The translations under genes and the position numbers were made by a program. From Myxococcota bacterium (lineage in GTDB: Bacteria; Myxococcota_A; UBA796; GCA-2862545): a DNA stretch of 64,000 nucleotides. Shown here one piece after another: positions 10,046 to 20,257 of this stretch (position 1 is the stretch's first letter; the number at the start of each line of letters is the position of its first letter). The stretch is taken from NCBI GenBank assembly GCA_039208735.1, contig JBCCQY010000026.1:1-64000 (forward strand). Reading direction: 5' to 3'. A model generated the notes under the pieces. It had not been told where the DNA came from. It saw nothing but the letters and a program-made list of their open reading frames with translations, and made no database searches.

Positions 10046-11311
10046 GTGTCCCTCGTTCCCGTTCACGGTGGGTTGAGCGAACCTGTCAATCGCATGCTCA
10101 AGCACTCCCAGCGCGCGGCGATTACCGCCGAAGCGGCGTCGTTGCCTAAGATCGTGGTGACCGAAGCGGACTTGGCGACCGTGCATCGTCTCGCCGATGG
10201 CACCCTGTCGCCGCTCACCGGTCCCATGACCGAAGCCCAGCACAACCTGGTGCTCAATGAGCAGGTCATCGAGTCGAACGGCCAGCGCTACGCCTGGACC
10301 ATCCCGGTCACCCTGCCCGTGACCGATGCCGAAGCGGCGACGTTGTCGGCGGGCACCCGCGCGGCGATCCATGGCCCAGATGGATCGCTTGTGGGCGTCA
10401 TCGACGTGACGAGCGTGTTTGACTGGGACAAGCCCCGCTACCTCAAGGCGGTGTACCGGACCGACCGCACCGATCACCCGGGCGGCCGGATTCTCATGGA
10501 CGATCCGCGCTCCAAGCTTGTGGGCGGCGAGATCCTGGCCTTCCCTCCGGCCCCCCACCCCGAGTACGGCCACCAGGTGGTGTCGCCACGCATGACCCGG
10601 GCGCTCATTGCGGACCGTCAGTGGGACAAGGCGCTTGCCTTCCAGACGCGCAACCCGCTACACCGTGCCCATGAGTACGCGCTGGTCTACGGTCTGGAGG
10701 AAATCACCCGGGCTGGAAACTACGCAGGCGCCATCCTCAACCCGCTCGTCGGCCAGCTGAAGAGCGACGACGTCGATGCGGTGACCCGCATGCGCACCTA
10801 CAACCGGCTGAAGCAGCGCCGTCTGCTCGGTCAGGGCGATGTGGATCCCGAGTTGTGGTCGAACGTCGGCTACGACATCAACGACGTGTTCGAGCTGCAG
10901 GGCCTCGACATCAAGATGTTCTACGGAGGCCCGTCGGAGGCCGTGATGCACGCCATCTACCGGCAGAACCACGGCTTTACGCACATCGTGATCGGCCGGA
11001 AGCACGCGGATGCGCCGTACGACGATGGCACGGCCATCTGGGGCGACTTCGATGCCCACGCGATCTTTGATGATCTGAAGGGTACGCTCGCGATCGAACC
11101 CATGAAGGTCGGGTTTGCGGCGTACTACGAGTCGATCGGTCGGGTCGACCTGATGTCGAAGCACCAAGGTGAAGACGCCTACTTCATCTCGGGCAAGAAG
11201 GTGCGCGCCATGCTCGTGGCCGGCGAAGTCCCGCCCGCGAAGATCATGCGCCCTGATACCGCTGAGATCCTCATCGAGGCCTACGCTGCGAAGGCCGCCG
11301 CACAGGGCTGA
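10046..11311 (+). CDS. sat: Sulfate adenylyltransferase (ATP sulfurylase)
   Basis: [68 protein letters not shown] before GTG. Confidence 0.9.
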   Translation: MSLVPVHGGLSEPVNRMLKHSQRAAITAEAASLPKIVVTEADLATVHRLADGTLSPLTGPMTEAQHNLVLNEQVIESNGQRYAWTIPVTLPVTDAEAATLSAGTRAAIHGPDGSLVGVIDVTSVFDWDKPRYLKAVYRTDRTDHPGGRILMDDPRSKLVGGEILAFPPAPHPEYGHQVVSPRMTRALIADRQWDKALAFQTRNPLHRAHEYALVYGLEEITRAGNYAGAILNPLVGQLKSDDVDAVTRMRTYNRLKQRRLLGQGDVDPELWSNVGYDINDVFELQGLDIKMFYGGPSEAVMHAIYRQNHGFTHIVIGRKHADAPYDDGTAIWGDFDAHAIFDDLKGTLAIEPMKVGFAAYYESIGRVDLMSKHQGEDAYFISGKKVRAMLVAGEVPPAKIMRPDTAEILIEAYAAKAAAQG

Positions 11312-11441
11312 CGAACCCTGACGAACGCGGACGACCCTATGCACGACATCGCTCCCCCCTGCCCGTCTTCCATGTGATGAGCTACGAAGGCGACACGGGG
11401 TGAGTGGTCGTGCAAAATGAGGACGGCCCCAGGGAGCTTCG

Positions 11442-13754
11442 ATGGACAGAATGGACGAAGAGTGGGACCCGGGCGTTGGAGCGCACGGGGCTCCGCGTCG
11501 TCACTTTCGCATCGTCAAGCTCTTAGGGGTTGGCGGATTCGGCAGTGTATATGAGGCATTGCTCGAACGTCCCGATGGGTTTCGCAAGACGGTGGCGCTA
11601 AAGATCCTCCACGATGAGGATGTTCCGCCGTATGTCTTGAGACGTTTCCGCGACGAAGCCAAGGTGTTGGGACTGCTTCGGGATCGCGCGATCGTCAGTG
11701 TGGATGTGCCGACCAAGCTGATGGATCGCTGGTCCATCATCATGGAATGCATCGACGGCGCTACCGCCTCGCAGGTGCTGAAGTTCATCGGGCCCACTCC
11801 GCCGCGAGTCGCTTTGTCGATCGTCGGCGAAATCGCGCGAGCCCTGCACAAGGTCTACCACCTGGCCGGCGATGACGGACAAGCCATCCAGCTCATCCAC
11901 CGCGACATCAAAGCTGCGAATGTCGCGATTACGCGCGAAGGCGACGTCAAAATCCTCGACTTTGGAATCGCTCGGGCCAACTTCTCCGCACGGGAGAGTT
12001 CGACCCTTCAGAATGCAGGCCCCGACGGGACGGTTGGCTACATCGCGCCGGAGCGGTTTGAAGGGCTGGAGGGTCCCGAGGGCGACATCTACTCGCTTGG
12101 GGTCACACTGTACGTGATGCTCACGCGGGTTCGACCTACCCACATCGACCGACGGGTGGATCACCCCGAGGCGGCGATGCGTTCGGCGCTCGAGGTCGCG
12201 GTGTCGATGTGCGAACTCAACGCCGAAAAACGCCCGACAGCTCAAGAGATCTACCGGCAGTGTCGCTCTCTTGTTGAGCGCATGCCCGGCCCGTCGCTTT
12301 CGGAATGGGCGGAGCGTGTGGTGCCCGACGCCCAAGAGGCCGCTCAACGTCATTTGTCGATGTCGGAAGAGGGCGACAAGCTGGGCCTGGTGGGGACCAT
12401 CCTCACCGAAGAGCCAAGCAAGAAGCCGATCATGACGGCAGCGCCGGTCACTCCTCCGGGACGACCGGCCCGGGTCGAGGCTCCGCCTCCCGCCACGCCA
12501 ATGCCTTCGGCGGAGGGGGATTCTCCACGTCTTCGCGTCAAGACGACCAAAGTACGTGTGCCCACAGGCGATGTGGCTCGGGGGTCCCGTCCTCCTGCCC
12601 CGCCTCGCGCGAACCAGCCCCGGTCCGGGGTCACCCGCGACCCCACCCGTCCACCCTCGGCGGTTCGCCAGGCCACGCCGTCGCGGACGCCGGGCAGCAT
12701 TCCCCCCGCCCATCGTTCGGTCCCGCCGCCGCCGAGCCGCACGCGCAAGCCCAACCCTTCGTTGCCGCCCCGTTCGCGAACGCCAGTTCCCACCGGTGCC
12801 CGTCGACGTACGCCGATTCCGTCCGGGGCGATTCATCGCACGCCCGTTTCTGCGGGAGCGCGCCAGCATGGTCCACCTTCGGTCGTGCCGAGGGTCGATC
12901 GCACAAACCCTGGCCCCGAGCTGACGAACTCTGGCCGTGAGCGCACGAATCCCGGTCGGGACCGCACAAACCCAGGCCGTGAACGCACGAACCCCCGGCG
13001 TGAGTGGACGAATCCTGGCCGTGAGCGCACAAATCCGCGGTACGACACGGGCACCATTCGGCGGAATCGGACGCAGCCACGGACCGATGCGCGAATCGAA
13101 ATTGGCAATACGGGGTCGCGATTCACGACCTCCGAACGTCCGGCGCGCCCCTCACGCTTTCTGGCCGCGGGGTTCGCCGGGGTGCTCACGGCGGTAGGCT
13201 TGCTTGCGGTCCTCGCTGTGGGGGCACTGTGGGTGGCGGAGAATCGCCCAGAGTGGCTTGATGCGGCGGGGGTCGATCCTGCGCTCCTCGAGATTCCGGT
13301 ATGGATGATCCCCGGCGGACTGTCGGCCGATCCAGAGGTGGTGGACCCAGAAGAACCCACCGCCCAGCCGGTGCCCGCCCCGACCGCGAAGGCACCTCGG
13401 GCGGCGAAATCGGCTTCGGCGGCGCCCCAACCTGATGCCACTCCCGACCCCGTTGAGCCGTCGCCGGCAAGCGAAGGGGCCTCTGCCGACCAAGTTGGGG
13501 TGCGACTGATGTTCCAGCCCGCGGGCGTGGATGTGACCGTCGACGGTCGGGAAGTCGTGTTGGATTCCCCACGTTCGACGACCATCACGCTGCCTGTGGG
13601 CACGCGTTCCTTTCAGTTCGTGACGCCCGATGGGGTGAAGCTTGCGCGGACCATCGACGTCGGTGGCGAATTGGGGTCTACGCTCATCGAACTTCGAGAC
13701 GGCGCGCTGTCGACTTGCCGACCGCCATCCGGCATTACCCGGTGCACCCAGTAA
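11442..13754 (+). CDS. Membrane Hanks-type Ser/Thr protein kinase with Pro/Arg-rich repeat linker, TM helix and PEGA-like C-terminus
   Basis: LGVGGFGSVY, VALK, HRDIKAANV, DFGIA, GTVGYIAPE, DIYSLG; TM FLAAGFAGVLTAVGLLAVLAVGALWV; QPAGVDVTVDG. Confidence 0.93.
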   Translation: MDRMDEEWDPGVGAHGAPRRHFRIVKLLGVGGFGSVYEALLERPDGFRKTVALKILHDEDVPPYVLRRFRDEAKVLGLLRDRAIVSVDVPTKLMDRWSIIMECIDGATASQVLKFIGPTPPRVALSIVGEIARALHKVYHLAGDDGQAIQLIHRDIKAANVAITREGDVKILDFGIARANFSARESSTLQNAGPDGTVGYIAPERFEGLEGPEGDIYSLGVTLYVMLTRVRPTHIDRRVDHPEAAMRSALEVAVSMCELNAEKRPTAQEIYRQCRSLVERMPGPSLSEWAERVVPDAQEAAQRHLSMSEEGDKLGLVGTILTEEPSKKPIMTAAPVTPPGRPARVEAPPPATPMPSAEGDSPRLRVKTTKVRVPTGDVARGSRPPAPPRANQPRSGVTRDPTRPPSAVRQATPSRTPGSIPPAHRSVPPPPSRTRKPNPSLPPRSRTPVPTGARRRTPIPSGAIHRTPVSAGARQHGPPSVVPRVDRTNPGPELTNSGRERTNPGRDRTNPGRERTNPRREWTNPGRERTNPRYDTGTIRRNRTQPRTDARIEIGNTGSRFTTSERPARPSRFLAAGFAGVLTAVGLLAVLAVGALWVAENRPEWLDAAGVDPALLEIPVWMIPGGLSADPEVVDPEEPTAQPVPAPTAKAPRAAKSASAAPQPDATPDPVEPSPASEGASADQVGVRLMFQPAGVDVTVDGREVVLDSPRSTTITLPVGTRSFQFVTPDGVKLARTIDVGGELGSTLIELRDGALSTCRPPSGITRCTQ
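12771..12860 (+). repeat. 3 x 30-nt coding repeat (RSRTPVPTGA/RRRTPIPSGA/IHRTPVSAGA)
   Basis: Read directly from sequence and translation, within the kinase linker. Confidence 0.8.
12897..13043 (+). repeat. 7 x 21-nt coding repeat, consensus (E/D)RTNPGR
   Basis: DRTNPGP ELTNSGR ERTNPGR DRTNPGR ERTNPRR EWTNPGR ERTNPRY; synonymous variation between units. Confidence 0.9.
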
Positions 13755-13871
13755 GCTTCCTTGCCGATTTGGCTTGTTACGCCATGGAAGAAGGCTGAGT
13801 TGAAGCGAAACGCGGCCCGACCCGGTGGCACATTTGCGCGCAACCGGTGTCCGGATGGAGGAGGAGGTCAC

Positions 13872-14546
13872 ATGAGGATTTCTTGGCTGTCGGCGGCGTT
13901 GTTGGCCGGCTGTGTGATTGACGCCCCCAACATTGACACCGACGACACCCCTGAGGCCTTCGGTGAGGGGACCATTGAAGTGAGTTGGCGGGTCGGGTCT
14001 TCGGGCTGCGAGTTGGCCGAAGTAACCGATGTGCAAATCCAAATCGGTGATCTCGAGCGGACCATTCCCTGCACGACCGGCGAAACGAGCCTGCAGCTGC
14101 TCGCGGGGGATTACGCGCTGCTCGCCACGGGGCTCGATGCAAGCGGGGTCGCGCGTTTCGAAGCGCGCGAAGAGCTAGTCAGCGTCTTCGAAGGCGAGAC
14201 CACGGTCGTTCCGACGCTTCGCCTTTCCGCGCTGCCGGCGACCCTGACGTTGTTCTGGAAGTTCGAAAACGGCTCGCTATGCGGAGCCAACGGCGTCGAT
14301 AGCATCGACATCGCGCTGTTCAACAATGAACAGATCGTCGCCCCCTTCCCCATCAAGACCGAGTGTTCGGATGGCGAAGAGGTCTTCCCCGGAATTCCCG
14401 CGGGCAGCTACGTCGTGTCGATGCTCGGTCTGAACGCCGACGACCAGGCCGACTTCGAAGCTCGTCAGGACGTGACGCTGCTTCGCGGCGAAGAGGCGTC
14501 CTTCGAACTCGAGCTGGTCGCCCTCGACTCTGACGACGTTCCGTAG
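13872..14546 (+). CDS. Lipoprotein with two duplicated beta-sandwich-like modules
   Basis: GAGGAGG RBS, lipobox MRISWLSAALLAG-C; two modules with the pattern W..C..GV..I.I..C..G..AGxY..GLxA..FEAR. Confidence 0.75.
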   Translation: MRISWLSAALLAGCVIDAPNIDTDDTPEAFGEGTIEVSWRVGSSGCELAEVTDVQIQIGDLERTIPCTTGETSLQLLAGDYALLATGLDASGVARFEAREELVSVFEGETTVVPTLRLSALPATLTLFWKFENGSLCGANGVDSIDIALFNNEQIVAPFPIKTECSDGEEVFPGIPAGSYVVSMLGLNADDQADFEARQDVTLLRGEEASFELELVALDSDDVP

Positions 14547-14549
14547 CGC

Positions 14550-15131
14550 CTAGCGCTCTACGAGCTTGACGCCTTGGGCGGCGGCGAGGTCCTTGAGGGC
14601 TTCGTGGCCGGCCCGCTTACGCGCCAGCGGCTTGGCCCAACCCGGAAACGAACCGCCCGGGTCAGCGTGCCAGACGTAGCGCACGGCGGTTTGGGTTCCC
14701 TTGGGCGTGAGCCGCCACTCGCCTTCGAACTTGGAAAGGCGAACCGCTCCCTTGGCTTCGGGGGCCTTGGGATGGGTCACGGGGACCCAGGAAACGCGGT
14801 GGGCATCGCCTTCGGTGCTGCGGGTGTACTTGGCCACATAGTCGCGGTCCGAGAACATCCCCGGGTAGTCGATCGTGATGTGAAGGGTGTTGTCGCCGAG
14901 TTCCACGATGGAGCGGACGAGTTCGAATTTGTCCTGGTGCTTCGGCATGTTCCACAGCGTGTCGACCACGGTGTCGACCGGAGCATCGAGCACGCCATCG
15001 GCACGGCACCAGAAGTCGCCAGCGACTTCGGCGCATTCAACATGGACGAGGTCGTCGCGGACCGTCTCCCAACCGGCGTTATCGCCGGGCAGAGCGGCTT
15101 GTGCGACTGCAAATCCCAAGAATGCGAGCAT
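14550..15131 (-). CDS. Secreted START/SRPBCC-domain protein
   Basis: Signal peptide (AQAA), FSDRDYV, GEWRLTP..TAVRY.WHADPGGSFPGW. Confidence 0.75.
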   Translation of the reverse strand: MLAFLGFAVAQAALPGDNAGWETVRDDLVHVECAEVAGDFWCRADGVLDAPVDTVVDTLWNMPKHQDKFELVRSIVELGDNTLHITIDYPGMFSDRDYVAKYTRSTEGDAHRVSWVPVTHPKAPEAKGAVRLSKFEGEWRLTPKGTQTAVRYVWHADPGGSFPGWAKPLARKRAGHEALKDLAAAQGVKLVER

Positions 15132-15168
15132 CGGTCCTCCTTCGTGCGCCCGTAACGACGACCGAGCC

Positions 15169-16641
15169 CTAGTTCACGGTCACTCGAACGCCCTGACTCT
15201 CGACTGCTCCCTTCAACACCACGCTCACGGCCCATGTTCCAGGCTCGAGTGTCACGTTCGGCGTCTGGACGATCCGGTCGAAGGTCGTCGTGGGACTCGG
15301 GGCAGGCTCGGCACGGTAGATCACGTAGCTTCGCACCGCTTCGGGGGTTGGATGCGACAACGTGACCCCCCCCTCGACGAGTTCAACGGTGGGCGGGGCG
15401 GCAGGCTCGGTGTGCCGGCTCGCCAGCGGCAGGGCGGGCGCCGCGTAGAGTTCGCTAAGCAGATTGCCGATTCCTGCTTGGTTCTTCACGATGGGTGACG
15501 CCCTAAACCAGATCTGGCCCAGGGTGTTGGAGGCTTCGCGAGAGAGCCGAACCTGAGTTCGGTACTCGGACATGGGCCATCCCGACTTGCCGGCCCGGGT
15601 CGCGTCCAGGCCCACCACCAAGGGACTCTCCGGGTTCACCTGGTCGTTCCAATAGGCGAGCAACCGATCGTAGGCCTGTCGGCGTTTGGTGGTCGGCCAG
15701 TACAATTGGGGCGCCAGGTAGTCCATCCACCCTTTGCGATGCCAAACCAACGGATCCGCATAGAGGGCTGTGACCTGGTCCATACCGGTGATCCCAGGGG
15801 GACGGCCCGGCCGGTAGATGCCAAACGGGGAGATGCCCAGGCGGCAGTGGTCGCATTTGTCGCGCACCAAGGTCCAAATGCGTTCAACCAAGGTATCGAC
15901 GTTCTGGCGACGCCAATCGGCGCGCCCGAGTTGCCCGCCCTGATTGCGATAGGCCTGGTATGTCCCCGAATCCGGGAAGGCCTTGCGTCCGCGCGGGTAG
16001 GGGTAGAAGTAGTCGTCCAGGTGAACCCCATCGATCGGATACCGGTCGAGCACGTCGCCAATGACCTCGACGGCCCGATCCTGTACCGGCTTGGCGCCTG
16101 GATCGAGCCATGCCACCCCGCCCCAAGAGATGAGGTGTTTCTTGGCCCAAACCGAAATGTGGGATGGATCGGTGGCTGCGCCTCGCTTGGCCGCCGCGCG
16201 GTACGGATTGAACCACGCATGGACCTCAAGCCCGCGGTCGTGAGCGGCCTCGATCATCACAGAAAGTGGGTCGTAACCAGGGTCTCGGCCTTGCCGACCC
16301 GAGAGGAATCGCGACCAGGGCTCGAGGTCGGAGGCGTACATCGCATCGCCCTCGGACCGGACTTGGAACACCAACGTGTTGAGCCCACGGTCGGCGAGCG
16401 CTCCCACGAGGTTCTGCAACTCCGCTTTTCCGGTTTCCGCCGGCAAGTTCGCCCGGGAGGGAAAGTCCAGGTTGAAGACGGTGGCAATCCACACCCCCCG
16501 AAACTCCCGGGGCGCCTGAACGTCGACCAGGTCGATGGGTTCGGGCTCGGGCTCGGGAGCGGGTCCCGGATCCGGCGCAGGGGCCTTGTTGCCGGTTCGC
16601 GCGCAGCTAAGAAGCAGCGCCAGCGAGGCGGTCACAATCAC
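15169..16641 (-). CDS. Glycoside hydrolase GHL10 family (YddW/DigH-like) lipoprotein
   Basis: Lipobox LLLS-C, EFRGVWIATV.NLDFPS, FQVR..GDA.Y, HAWFNPYR, DGVHLDDYFYPY, GISPFGI, DYLAPQLYW. Confidence 0.92.
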   Translation of the reverse strand: MIVTASLALLLSCARTGNKAPAPDPGPAPEPEPEPIDLVDVQAPREFRGVWIATVFNLDFPSRANLPAETGKAELQNLVGALADRGLNTLVFQVRSEGDAMYASDLEPWSRFLSGRQGRDPGYDPLSVMIEAAHDRGLEVHAWFNPYRAAAKRGAATDPSHISVWAKKHLISWGGVAWLDPGAKPVQDRAVEVIGDVLDRYPIDGVHLDDYFYPYPRGRKAFPDSGTYQAYRNQGGQLGRADWRRQNVDTLVERIWTLVRDKCDHCRLGISPFGIYRPGRPPGITGMDQVTALYADPLVWHRKGWMDYLAPQLYWPTTKRRQAYDRLLAYWNDQVNPESPLVVGLDATRAGKSGWPMSEYRTQVRLSREASNTLGQIWFRASPIVKNQAGIGNLLSELYAAPALPLASRHTEPAAPPTVELVEGGVTLSHPTPEAVRSYVIYRAEPAPSPTTTFDRIVQTPNVTLEPGTWAVSVVLKGAVESQGVRVTVN

Positions 16642-16661
16642 GTGCGGTCTCCTGGGACGGG

Positions 16662-18515
16662 TCAGGTCAGGATGGCGGTCGAGGCGTCGACGGCGGTGCC
16701 GATGGGCTCCGCACGGCCTCCCAAGTGTTCAGCGAGAAACGCTTCGGCCAATGCCACGAAGGCGAGACGGTTGGTCTCGCGTACGAAGCCGTGGCCCTCA
16801 TCAGGGAAAAGTGCATAGCGAACAGGGATATTGCGCTCTCGAAGTGCTGAGACAATCTGCTCGGACTCGGCCACCTTGACCCGAGGGTCGTTGGCCCCCT
16901 GGGCGATGAGAAGTGGCTTGGATAGCTTGTCCACCCTTGACAACGGGGACCGTGCCCAGAGCTCGGCTCGGCCTTCTTCCGTTTGATCGTCACCCACGCG
17001 GGCAAGCAGGAGACTCTTCAGCGGAGCCCAGTACGGAGGAATGCTCCCAAGCAGGGTGAGAAGATTGCTTGGTCCCACAATGTCGATGCCGCATGCAAAG
17101 ATCTCGGGCGTAAACGTCAGCCCCACCAGGGTCGCGTAACCGCCGTAGCTCCCGCCCATGATGGCCACCTGACCGCGCGTGGTGATGCCTTCGTCGATGG
17201 CCCAGTTCACGGCGTCGATGAGATCGTCATGCATCTTGCCGGACCATTCGCGATCGCCGGCGTTGAGGAAGGCCTTACCAAATCCGGTTGAACCTCGGAA
17301 GTTGACCGCGAGCACGGCGTAGCCGCGATTGGCGAGCAGCTGGGCATAGGCATCGTACTTGGGGGAGTCGCGGGCCCAAGGTCCACCGTGAACCTTGAGA
17401 ACCATCGGTCGTGGACCCTGTGCGTTCGGGCGATGGAGGTAGCCGACCATGGACCATCCGTCCCGGCTTTCAATCGAAACCCCTTCTTGGCGCACTAAGG
17501 GCAAGCCAACCAGTCCTTTTCGCTGCACGAAAAGGTCGGTGAGGGTCCCCGATGCAGGTTCGAAGAGCGCGTAGGTCGAGGGCCCGTCGGAACGTTCCCA
17601 CAGCACAACCCAGCGTTGGTCGTCATGACTGCGGTCGACAAGCCGAAACATCCCTTCGCGCTCAGGCAGGCGGTCCAATGCCGTCTGGAGCAGATCATCC
17701 AGCACGTGCGGGTTGGGGCCGATCCGGGTGCTGACCGCTAGCTGGACCACTCCGGTCGCGGGATGCGCCCACCATTGGGTGACGTCGGCATCCTCGTCCT
17801 CGGCCAAGACTGTTCGCGTGCCGTCCGCGTCGATGGCCACGAGCGCCGCCGTGTTTCGACCCCGGCTGTCGATCCAGTACCAGCGCCTCCCGTCCGCGGT
17901 GCAGCAAACCGGCGCCGTGGTCAGGCTGTCGGCCAAGTCCAGCGCGCTATCGAGCTGCCATTCGTCACCCTTCCTGGCGAAAATCTCGGTGCCCCCTGCA
18001 TCGTTCGTACGGCGGGCAAACCGTGGTTTAAACTCCCAATCCACTCCGATGGACGTGAATTGGTCATTTTGTAGGATGAGGCTTCGCTTTCCGGAGTCGA
18101 GGTCAATGGTCACCAAATCGTGAAATCGTGGATCGCGATCGTTGAGACCAAGGAGCACCGTGCGGGGGTGGCGGGGCGATGGCTGAAGCAGCCGGGCTTG
18201 GACCTCCGGAAGGGCTACGAGCGTCGTCTGCGCGCCGTCGACCGTGATGGCCCGGACTTGCCAGTTCTCGTCGCCCTCCGCGTCCGACACGAACACGAGC
18301 GTGAGCGAATCCGGCATCCAGTGATAGTCGCGGACCCCATGTTGCTGGGTGAGCGCTTTGGCAGGAACCTCCAGCGCATCGACCGACTGCAGGAAGAGTT
18401 CCAAAGCGCCGTTGATGGGTGCCAAGAATGCAAGCCATTGGCCATCAGGGCTGATGGAGACGCTCGTATGGTCCGGATCCCCGAAGAGATCGGCTCGGGG
18501 AATCAACGCATCCAC
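16662..18515 (-). CDS. S9 family (dipeptidyl aminopeptidase/acylaminoacyl) peptidase
   Basis: ISPDG propeller, VHGGPWARD, NFRGSTGFGK, GGSYGGY, QGANDPRV, FPDEGHGF. Confidence 0.95.
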   Translation of the reverse strand: MDALIPRADLFGDPDHTSVSISPDGQWLAFLAPINGALELFLQSVDALEVPAKALTQQHGVRDYHWMPDSLTLVFVSDAEGDENWQVRAITVDGAQTTLVALPEVQARLLQPSPRHPRTVLLGLNDRDPRFHDLVTIDLDSGKRSLILQNDQFTSIGVDWEFKPRFARRTNDAGGTEIFARKGDEWQLDSALDLADSLTTAPVCCTADGRRWYWIDSRGRNTAALVAIDADGTRTVLAEDEDADVTQWWAHPATGVVQLAVSTRIGPNPHVLDDLLQTALDRLPEREGMFRLVDRSHDDQRWVVLWERSDGPSTYALFEPASGTLTDLFVQRKGLVGLPLVRQEGVSIESRDGWSMVGYLHRPNAQGPRPMVLKVHGGPWARDSPKYDAYAQLLANRGYAVLAVNFRGSTGFGKAFLNAGDREWSGKMHDDLIDAVNWAIDEGITTRGQVAIMGGSYGGYATLVGLTFTPEIFACGIDIVGPSNLLTLLGSIPPYWAPLKSLLLARVGDDQTEEGRAELWARSPLSRVDKLSKPLLIAQGANDPRVKVAESEQIVSALRERNIPVRYALFPDEGHGFVRETNRLAFVALAEAFLAEHLGGRAEPIGTAVDASTAILT

Positions 18516-18571
18516 GTTGGCTGCCTCCTGGTCACGGGACCCACCGGTCTGGGTCCCGTTAACCAGAGGCG

Positions 18572-20047
18572 CTATTCGGGCGCGCTCTCGTCTTCGGGCG
18601 TCGCTTCTTCGCCTTCCGGCTCTTCGCCGGGCTTGGGCTGCTCGAACTTCGGATCGACCTGCTCGAGGATCGCGAAGATGATGCGGTTGTTCTGGCGGCG
18701 ACCCGACTCGGTCTCGTTGTCGGCGATCGGCTTGGTCTCGCCGTAGCCGACCCCCTCGATGCGCGCGGGATCGACCCCCTGGCCCACCAGGTACTCGATG
18801 ATGGTGTCCGCGTTCTTCTGCGACTCCTTGAGGTTCTCCTCATCATCGCCGGTGCTATCGGTGTGGGTCTGAACTTCGAGGCGCTTGATGCCGTCCAGGC
18901 GATTCAGAATCTTGGCGGTGTCATCGAGCGTGAGCAGGGAGGCCTTCTTGATGCGCTGGCGGCTGTCGAAGCTCACCCCTGGCACCGTGATGATCGAGTT
19001 GAGGCCGATGTAGGCGCGCTTCACGCAACCGTCCGCCCGGCGGGTATCGATGCCCTTCGGGGCCCGCTTCTCGGGGCACTCGTCGCGGTAGTCGGGCACA
19101 AGGTCGCCATCGGTGTCGATGCAGCCGTACGACTCAACCTGGCCCGCTTCGAAGTCGCACTCGTCATCGAGATCGGCCACGAGGTCTTCGTCGGAGTCGG
19201 GGCACCCTTCGGTCACGTTGGTACCCGCGTCGTTCGGGCAGCGGTCTTCCTTATCGAGAAGCCCGTCGTCATCGTTGTCGTCGTCGGGGCAGCCGTCTTC
19301 GTCTTCGAACTCGTCGATGTCTTCGGCTTCGAGGGGACACGTATCGGACACGTCGGGGCGGCCGTCTTCGTCGTTGTCCTCGTCAGGGCAGCCGTCTTCG
19401 TCCTGGAACGTGTCGATGTCTTCAGGCTGGCCCAAGCACCGGTCGACGTCATCAGCGACGCCGTCTTTGTCTTCGTCTTTGGGGCCGATGGGGAGCCACA
19501 TCAAGCCAAGGTTGAACTGGGCGTGCTGGAACGCGGTGCCCTCGTTCTCGAAGTTGTCGCTGCCGATGGTCACGAGCCACCGGACTTCTCCACGCAAGGC
19601 CAGCGGGCCGAGGGGAACGAGCAGTCCCGGGCCCGCGATGGCGGCAAAATCGATGTCGGTGCCATCGAATGGCAGGCCCAGGGCCCCGTTGTCGTCGATC
19701 GACTTGATGAAGGGGCCCGCACCGACATTGAAGATCAAGTTGATCGGCTGATCGACGAGGACTCGGCCGACGAAATTCGCCGCGGGCAATACGCCAAAAT
19801 AATCAAAGGTATCGGGCGTTCCCACCTGAGTCTGGCCGAACGGCGTCAATGAAACATCCAGCTCGATGCCCACGTTTTCGTCAGGCCAGAAGCTGATGCG
19901 CGGGTTGAGCACGACCGCGTCACCGATGACTTCGCCGCGTTGGACGACCAGAGCGCCGCTCGAGATCCCGAAGCCGAACGTGCTGTCGGCGGCGTGGCTC
20001 GTGGTCGATGTGGTGAGCATCGTAAAGAGTAGGGAAATCGACATCAT
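18572..20047 (-). CDS. OmpA family protein: N-terminal beta-barrel, TSP3-like Ca-binding repeats, C-terminal OmpA domain
   Basis: Signal peptide (SHA-AD), amphipathic strands, DxDxDG..D.C repeats, HTDSTG..N..S, GYGETKPIADNETESGRRQNNRI. Confidence 0.9.
   Translation of the reverse strand: MMSISLLFTMLTTSTTSHAADSTFGFGISSGALVVQRGEVIGDAVVLNPRISFWPDENVGIELDVSLTPFGQTQVGTPDTFDYFGVLPAANFVGRVLVDQPINLIFNVGAGPFIKSIDDNGALGLPFDGTDIDFAAIAGPGLLVPLGPLALRGEVRWLVTIGSDNFENEGTAFQHAQFNLGLMWLPIGPKDEDKDGVADDVDRCLGQPEDIDTFQDEDGCPDEDNDEDGRPDVSDTCPLEAEDIDEFEDEDGCPDDDNDDDGLLDKEDRCPNDAGTNVTEGCPDSDEDLVADLDDECDFEAGQVESYGCIDTDGDLVPDYRDECPEKRAPKGIDTRRADGCVKRAYIGLNSIITVPGVSFDSRQRIKKASLLTLDDTAKILNRLDGIKRLEVQTHTDSTGDDEENLKESQKNADTIIEYLVGQGVDPARIEGVGYGETKPIADNETESGRRQNNRIIFAILEQVDPKFEQPKPGEEPEGEEATPEDESAPE
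19070..19480 (-). repeat. TSP3-like DxDxDGxxDxxDxCP coding repeats (about 5 units; boundaries approximate)
   Basis: DEDKDGVADDVDRC, DNDEDGRPDVSDTC, DNDDDGLLDKEDRC, DSDEDLVADLDDEC, DTDGDLVPDYRDEC. Confidence 0.85.
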
Positions 20048-20257
20048 GTGGCTGGCTCCGCTGACCACCAGGGCCCTCAGGCGAGAACCCTGAGAGCGCG
20101 CGAGTTGGCCGTGCATCTTGGCAAGGTACGCCCTCACGTGCAAGCTCGCGAGGGTCCGGGGAGGTTGGTCCTGGGCCCCCGAGACCCCGATGAAGTGAAG
20201 CGATTCGCGCACTTGTTCACCCGAAGACCGCCGGCTACGTCGAATGCCGAGGTGAAC

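Noticed and set aside
12897..13043. 21-nt tandem repeat as a possible CRISPR array
   Set aside because: No spacers, in-frame coding with synonymous variation, no cas genes
18572..20047. Calling the barrel-TSP3-OmpA gene traB
   Set aside because: The architecture is common among myxobacterial OmpA paralogs and no traA-like gene is adjacent
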